A program made the position numbers and the translations under genes. The notes beneath the pieces were generated by a model. That model had not been told where the DNA came from and did not search any database. It was given only the letters and a program-made list of their open reading frames with translations. From positions 248,001 to 312,000 of the forward strand of contig JAQGDQ010000035.1 of the NCBI GenBank assembly GCA_030141605.1: 64,000 nucleotides of DNA, read 5' to 3'. This document shows, one piece after another, positions 56,801 to 64,000 of this stretch (position 1 is its first letter; each line of letters opens with the position of its first letter). This stretch comes from Tubiluchus corallicola. Taxonomy: Eukaryota; Animalia; Priapulida.

Positions 56801-59800
56801 TCTATTAAACAATATGAACGTAGACATGTCCAGCCATGTCTAGATAGTCAAAAGTCTTTATTCTGACTCAAAATCCAATGCATTTCCAGAATCCAATGCA
56901 TTCCGATGAAAGAATCAAGTCATTGCCATCTTAATAAAATGATGATTTCCACACAAAAGGCATCCAAGCTTGTTAAAGGAAAGGCCAAGCCTTCTGGGAA
57001 GTTAAGCTCATTTCAATGTTTGAAAAAATGTTAGAAGGAATTAGGAATGAAATTGTGACAACCAATTCGTGCAATTAGTAAAATCACTTCAAAGTCACTA
57101 TAATTTTACACTTTCAAATTTCACCATTTTGAACGCCCATTTTTTTCACCAATGGCGTGATTCGTCAATTGAAGAAAACCAGCGCAATTCGACTTTCGTC
57201 AAAATTATAAGTTTTTACAAAAAATTAGATAGCCGATTTTGTGACATTTTTGGATGAACATAAGGTAACATAAATCCACCAGTTATGTCACAATTTCAAG
57301 TGAATGGCAGTAACCACCAAGCCTGAAAATTTCTATACAGCAGTTTCTTTTATAGCAGTCTTGCAGCAGTAGAGTTGTCATGAAAAAACAGCTACATGGG
57401 GAAAATCCAAATGCACAGTGAAAAAAACAAATATTTCATGTCCTTATTCAGAAAGTATTTTTACATTTGCCAATTTTGCTTACCTGTATAAGACTAAGAA
57501 CTTTTTCTTGTACGGCTGTAGGAGGATCATTTTTTGGGCCAATAATTTTCACGAGGTCGTTGATAAAATCTTTTGTCATAACAAGAACATGAAACCTGTG
57601 TCCACAGTTCTTAACACAGGTTTCAAGAACCTGCAAAAAATAACCAATCGTGAAGGTATAATTTTAACGAAAATAAAGCTGTTTTCACCTATAGCAGGTA
57701 TATGTGATTGTCATGTAGCTGTCACAAAACATTTAAAGCAAAATATACAGAAGATGCTCTCTATGCACTCTACTACATATCAGTTTCCGCTGTAAGTTTA
57801 GATCTTGCCAGTCTTGCACACTACTAGCTGCCATCTCATGCAATATCACAGTATTTAAATGTTTCAATGTTTATCACAAAGCCTGACTTGAAAAGACTCA
57901 CACAATCAATCCTGGAGGTATGACTGCCTACGATTTCACCACTTCTTAGCATTTTATTCAAATTGTCAATAACCTACTTAGATACGTGATTGTAACACAG
58001 ACACAGGGCCTATGAAAGGAGTACTTTGTTCTAGGGCCCAAGAGCTAAGAAAGGCCTATGCAATCATGCAACACCCATTCTCCCTTGAGAACAAATGCTT
58101 TTTATTACCCCCAGCTCGGCATACACTTACATCCACATACTCAAAACATGACTATTCTTATTACACCATAGACTTGTTGATCTAGTACAAATGAGCATTG
58201 CCAGACAAGTTGATGTTGATAATGTAATTAGAAAATTTGTAAGGAAAAGCCAGAAAAGCACATTTTAATTAGTACTCCAGTTAAAAGTTCAATCTGTTTT
58301 TTGTTTTTTTATCAAAAGTATTTTCCTTGGAAAGAAATTATTGTGAAAGTTTAAAAAGCATTTCACTGTGAAAAAACCTAAAAGGTGATTGGTGAATGTA
58401 ACCATAAATACAGATTTGTATTGCTGCATTAAGTGAACATGTTTGTTACATTATGTTATATCTGATCATGGAAATAAAGCACTTATGAGAGTTTACATGT
58501 ATGTTTACTGAACATTAAATCCCCAATTTTGAGAAAAGTCTTTGTCTGGGCCCAAAGCGGTCTTGTACTGCCTTGCAAAATTTGTCTTGGAGGACCTGCA
58601 CAGACGAAAGTAAGTTACGTACGGTAAGTCTCTTACTTTGACCGTAATCCTACTGAATGAATTAGATGTTGAAGTATTTGCACCAATCAGAGCTTCTGAC
58701 CATTCACCTATCATGGTTTTCTCACCCACAATTTCTCCACCATGGCTTCCTAGATTTTTCATCAAACAGTTTTTTGCTGTATTAAAGCTGACTGCGACTC
58801 TCTTCATTCCTTTCTTGCAGACACTCTCAAATTATCTCTTCTCTCTTAACACTTCTAAAACTGTGGATGTTAAATTAGCCTTAAGTGGTTCGAATAATAC
58901 CATCGCTTGCTTTGCATCGCTACCTTTATTCTCTGCCTGCTGTATTGCTGGAACTTGAGATACAGCATAGCATGGATGTCATAATGTTATAAAAATCAAT
59001 AGAAAATTACTGTGGGGAGTGCAAAGCTGACATAATTGGGCCAAACCTGTCCTCATTTCAATAACTAACCAACAGAAATGGCTAAGTTTGAAAGATCTCT
59101 AGTGCATTTCAATTGTAGTTAATGTGCTATCAATACTTGTTCGACACTTTAGCAAGAATTCTACAATCAAGGACAATGAAAACCAGCTTCCTTTATGCAA
59201 TACAACCTACATGATTCCACGACAAAAATAAAGAGGTAGTTAATCACAACAAGCCTTATTAGTATTAGCAATATAGTAAACTCCGTGTAATTTGGATGGC
59301 TGTCTGAGATGTGCAATAAACCAAGTTGGTAAAGATGCAATGCGTCCAATGGACGGGGAGTCTGCTTCATGGCCAAATGTTACTTAAATTACTTTAAAAT
59401 TGGTATGAATTGCTCCCCAAAGATATACCAAATACAGAGACATATGGAGTTAAAAAAACAAAGTTTTACGATTGCTTTAAGCATTGACATATACAGAAAC
59501 AAATCCATTCTAAAAAATCTGTCTGCGATGAATGTTATTCTGAAAGCAATTTTTTAATCTCGCCTCTTCGTATCATGCCTAGAAATATTGCTCATATCAT
59601 GTAAACCATGGACTAAAGAGTTGAAAAGGTTCTAAATATGTGATAGATATTAAAAATGATATACTCATATACTAAAATATAAGCATAGCACTGATCCATC
59701 ACCCGTAGTACTAAGACTTTTTTTAGTTGCTATCTTAGTCTGTATTTGACCCTCTGGCTAGGTATGATTAAAGTTTAACATTTAGCTCAACTTTTATGAA

Positions 59801-61269
59801 AGCTGCTCAGGGAATCTCTTCTTATCATTAGTTCGTAAATTCTGTTTCCTATATTTTTATCCTGTTACTCCAGGACGCAAACAGCTGCATATATATAATT
59901 TTTCCAATCAAACAACTTATCTGTGAAATTCTTAACTTAAATTTTTTTCCTCTTAACTACGACTTTACTTTCTTCAAGAAGAACATTAATATTTATCTCC
60001 TATAATCAACAGATTAACAATAAGTATAAAAACAGTTACTGTGCACACAAATGTATTACAATTGTAACAATAAAGTAAGACATGCTTACAGTTAAAGTGT
60101 ACATGACTGTAGTATAATTTTTCCCAACATTTTGCTGCAATCTCTTCCGGATAGCTTTCATCCCATCTTTGGGCCTACAAATACACAAATGGTAAGAGTT
60201 TTTAATTATTGCTTACTTGATGATGTATTTAGGATGATATGAGAGAAACTGACAATAAATTTTTGTCATAAGTTAAGGTACATAAGGCAGAAGCAATATA
60301 TCTACAATGCGGAAAAATAGGGATTGTAAATAATGACCAACTTACTAAGACACCTGAATAATGAATAGGCGGTGATCGAGGTGATGGGTAGGATGAATGA
60401 GAACAAGCTTACAGACTTTTTGCTTATCATCGAGTGTGTCAGCTTCATCTCAGAAGAATTTATCAGACAATCACTGGACGATCATAGCTAATCAGAAGCA
60501 GATATCACCAAGCAAAAAAGTCTTGGCTTTTCCATTGAGCTTATGGCAACATCACAAGCAAAACCTTTCAAAAATTCATGGAAATTGACAGAATGACCGG
60601 GTTCTAGCCGGAAATCAACATAAAACAGGCGAAGATTATCTCAGCCACAAACGAGCTGAAAATAAGCGAAAAGTCACTTGCTACAGATCTGCCCAACACT
60701 GCGTGTAGGACACCATGCAACATCCGGAAACCATCCAAGGAGTAACCATCGTTATAAGAGAAAGGGGATTACAATATTCTGCCTTGTCATTGATTCCTAA
60801 AACTTTGTGGTCTGTAAATACATCATCAAAGGCAATATTGACAGTCAGTAGTCTCAAAGAAAACACAGAGAAAGGTAGTGGACAAATGATATCAAGTAGT
60901 GGACAGGGCTGGTGCAGATGTGTAGCTGATCTTCGTCAGTGAGGATGGATGTAGGAAAAGTAAATTAAAGTAAAACTAATTATTAAAAGACTTTATAAAC
61001 TTTGCATTTGCGATTTAATACTATTTCTATAACTTTAAAAGAAAATAAACAAAACATTTTATTGCTTTGACTACTAAAGTAGTACAAACATAGGACCTAC
61101 ACTTTTATTTAAGCGTGTTCTTAAAATATTTTAAGTGATGTTCCTAATTACCATTTAAATGATTTTATAGTACATAATATTTACCCTTCATCTGTTTCAT
61201 TGATGATATCACAGATTTCCATATTTAGGGCCCAATCTTCAGATGCCAGACTGGAATCTGTAGCTCGTT
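47848..61269 (-). CDS. TOM1: TOM1/TOM1L2-like VHS-GAT endosomal adaptor, 5'-partial; exons 61185-61269, 60090-60174, 57484-57630, 56297-56431, 56011-56067, 55405-55629, 54761-54839, 52896-53062, 51482-51644, 51040-51138, 50285-50363, 49343-49436, 48341-48428, 47848-47978
   Basis: VHS domain ([32 protein letters not shown]...[14 protein letters not shown]...WADAFR...[11 protein letters not shown]), GAT domain ([23 protein letters not shown]...[23 protein letters not shown]), LIDFG clathrin-box-like motif, [22 protein letters not shown] and terminal LFAL*. Phases are consistent; exon 1 was not found in the window. Confidence 0.95.
53317..54283. mobile_element. hAT-type non-autonomous element
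   Basis: Perfect 14-bp TIRs CAGTGCTATTCAAC / GTTGAATAGCACTG; 7/8 TSD TTTTACAC / TTTTACAG. Confidence 0.9.
55072..55197 (-). mobile_element. Second HINE/DINE-1-like copy, in a TOM1 intron
   Basis: Reverse complement gives GGAAGAGTTTACAATTCTCCACACAATTT...(CCTAAC-like)n...AACTAATTTCTTGTGT...TTTTAGCC, matching 5250-5380. Confidence 0.6.
58003..58576 (+). mobile_element. Degenerate hAT-like element
   Basis: CAGGGCC start with GGGCCC subterminal motifs; about 58197-58256 reads [15 protein letters not shown]..(K)ARK, like an hAT transposase C terminus. Confidence 0.5.
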
Positions 61270-62739
61270 CTGCAAAACACTCGATAATTAACAGTTCGAT
61301 AATTAAGCACTTACAAAACCTGTTGATTATGCGCTTAAGCCTACATGAAGTTGGATGCAAGCATATAATGGCAGGGCATACTCAACAAAACAGAGATGGC
61401 GTTTGTGGCAAGACCAGAGCTGCGCTCATTATCACCAATAACCGACAAAGCTGTCTTAACAAATCTGTACGTGATCTAACCTAATAGCTGACATGCAAGT
61501 TCCTTTGCATCAATTAATGATCTGTAATGATATTTACAGACATCTGCATAGACTTAATCATGTCTTTCATGACAAATTCTTTCAAGCTGCACCTGTCAAG
61601 GAAAGGTACATAGATCTACGTATACCATGAAATAGGCAATCTGATCTGACACAAATGTCTAAGTGTCAAAGTCTCAGAGACCAGGACCTGATAAAATGAA
61701 ACTTGTAAATAAAAAGTCAAGGAGTATGCATTCTAAATTATTTTTCCATTATTTTTTTTAATTTTGCAGAAATATTATATTATTTAAGGCAAATGGCAAC
61801 TCGGTAAAGTAGTACAAATCATACATGTGCAAGAACCTACCAGTACATTTTCCGTCATTGTAGTGTGAATCATTAGAATAGTTTAGAATGGTTACACCCT
61901 CACCCCGAAACCTTTGCAAAACTAATGCTTTACAGGTAAGTCAGCATATTCAATGGTATTGCTCATAGTATACTGGCTATAGAAAACTTTGGATGGTTAA
62001 AGGAAAACCAGATGATTGTGTAAACATTAGTTCAGAATAAAGAATGCTCTAAAATATTGAAAACTACAAAAGCTTAGATTAAATAATAATTACCTCGGAT
62101 ACTCAAATTTCTTTAAACTTTCAAAGCTACGCGCTGCTCAGTGAATCTAGGAAGATTCGAAAAACTATGGTGCCTTTTTATCACATTCGTGTGGCTGACA
62201 AATAGAAGGCGGTACCGTGATAAGCATGATCATGAACTGCAGTGTTAGTTTCTGATGTCGTATGATGTTAAGCACATTTTTTGTGACATCATGCATTTAA
62301 ACAGTACTGTAACACAAACGTACTTGATGCGCAAGGGAAGACGCCTGCCACTGCACAAACTGTGGTTATCTTCTGACATAAGCAATAGCTGTGTTCGGTT
62401 GCCATAATTAACTTCCTAAGCTAATTATTCAAATATGAGGAAAAATTGTTAACTTTTATAGGCAAAAAATGTATATTTTGGACAGTATATTAAAATGAGA
62501 TTGAGTCTAAACAATCGTCAGGTCTTCCTTTAAATTTTTCATCAACTTTTTGCACTATTTTTTGTGGTCAAATGTACACAAAAGTTCAACCAAGCGAACC
62601 TAAATACAATTCTCCCGGTTTTGATGAACGATCGAGATTAATCCGCTCTAGAGGTTAAGCATGGTAGTTTATTTGATTTTTTAAACATGTTGGCCACCAC
62701 TATTGTATGGTAATTGATGATAATAACAGCTCTACCGTA

Positions 62740-64000
62740 TTTCATCTCAACTGTTACAAAGCCATAACATCGGCATTAGAGTCTATCCCTTGGGATCACA
62801 TTCTGGCTGAAGCAGATGTTGAGACTTCCTGGTTGTTGATTTTTGAACAATTGCAAGGACTTAATGAAAAACATATACCACTTAAAACTCGTAAATCTAA
62901 GAGCAAGCCAGCTTGGTTTAACCACAAACGTAAACATGTGCTAAACAGCAAACGTAATAAGTACCGAACCTACAAGCATACCTTAGACCCAACTGATTTT
63001 GCTGTCTATAAGCAACAAGAACGTCTGACACATAGTGTTCTAAGAAGTTAGAAGAGTAGAAAGTTAGAACTTATGAAAACAGGCTGGCTGACAATCTAAA
63101 ACATGATAGTAAATAATTTTTGTCATATGTAAATCGTAATCGGCTCTGTCGACCATGAGTAGGACCATTAGGCTTGGAAAATGATACACTAACATCCGAC
63201 CCCCAAACTATGGCAGAAATTCTCAACAACCAATTCTTCAGAGCAGTCACACGAGAAAACATGAACAACATGCTGTATATGCCTTCTTTAACTCTCACCT
63301 TATAGTATACATCACTCAGGCAATAACATCACTCAGAAAGAACTCGTCTGCTGGTCCAGATGGTATCCACCCAATGTTACTAATTAATGCTGCAGTCTGC
63401 CTAGCTGTACCACTGGTTCAACTTTTTACGAAATCAGTGAGCTATGGAACTGTACCAATATATAAGAAAGGTCCTAAAAGTCGTCCTAAGAATTGTCATC
63501 CTATTGTCTTATCCAGCTCCATTGGTAAAATTATGGAAAGAATTGTCTCCAATGCAATTCTTGATCATCTTATGACATTTCAGTTACTTAACAAATCTTA
63601 CCACGCTTTTTTTAAGCAGGCGCACTTTTACAAGTAACCTTCTTGAATTTTTTAATTTGTCTTCGTGATAAAGGCCATCCTATAGACTTAGATCTTGTCA
63701 AGGCATATGACGAAGTACCTCATCAATGTCTGCTCTTGAAACTAGAAGCCTATGGCATTTCAGGTTCTCTCCATACATGGATTAGGAACTGACTAATTGG
63801 TAGAATGCAACATGTTGAGATCCAAGGTGTTAAATCATCACATGTGCCAGTTTCATCTGGATGTCCTCAGGGAAGTGTTCTTGGGCCAATGTTGTTCCTG
63901 ATTTTTATAGATGATCTAGACCAAGAAATCTGTTCTAGACTCTTGAAATTTGCTGATGACACGAAATGTACCAATACTGTGAGAAATATATAGTACAATA
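62740..64000 (+). mobile_element. Decayed CR1-like LINE ORF2 fragment running off the window end (presumed TOM1 intron 1)
   Basis: [66 protein letters not shown] and KFADDTK, with stops and frameshifts. Confidence 0.92.

Overview
AT-rich eukaryotic DNA from a bilaterian invertebrate (species not identifiable from the sequence). It holds four spliced genes, each rebuilt by hand from GT-AG junctions with consistent reading phase: the 3' part of the LIM-homeobox gene LMX1 (+, 205-4419); a complete endophilin-B gene (SH3GLB1/2-like, -, 10758-36918, 9 core exons, 342 aa); a complete mitochondrial acyl carrier protein gene NDUFAB1 (+, 37197-42241, 155 aa), head-to-head with endophilin-B; and a TOM1/TOM1L2-like VHS-GAT adaptor gene (-, 47848-61269, first exon not found). 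Introns carry decayed LINE fragments, hAT and pogo/Tigger elements, a Penelope-like remnant with inverted arms, SINE and Helentron-like remnants, microsatellites and a 21-bp minisatellite with a 314-bp higher-order period. I found no prokaryote-style system (CRISPR, operon) and cannot support a wholly new system. The best leads are a 21-nt endophilin-B microexon, a 99-nt TOM1 cassette exon with tandem EPVYD motifs, a hammerhead-like core in the Penelope-like repeat, inverted transposon copies bracketing endophilin exons 2-8, and a CpG-decay contrast between two copies of one repeat. All alignments were done by eye and repeat boundaries are approximate.
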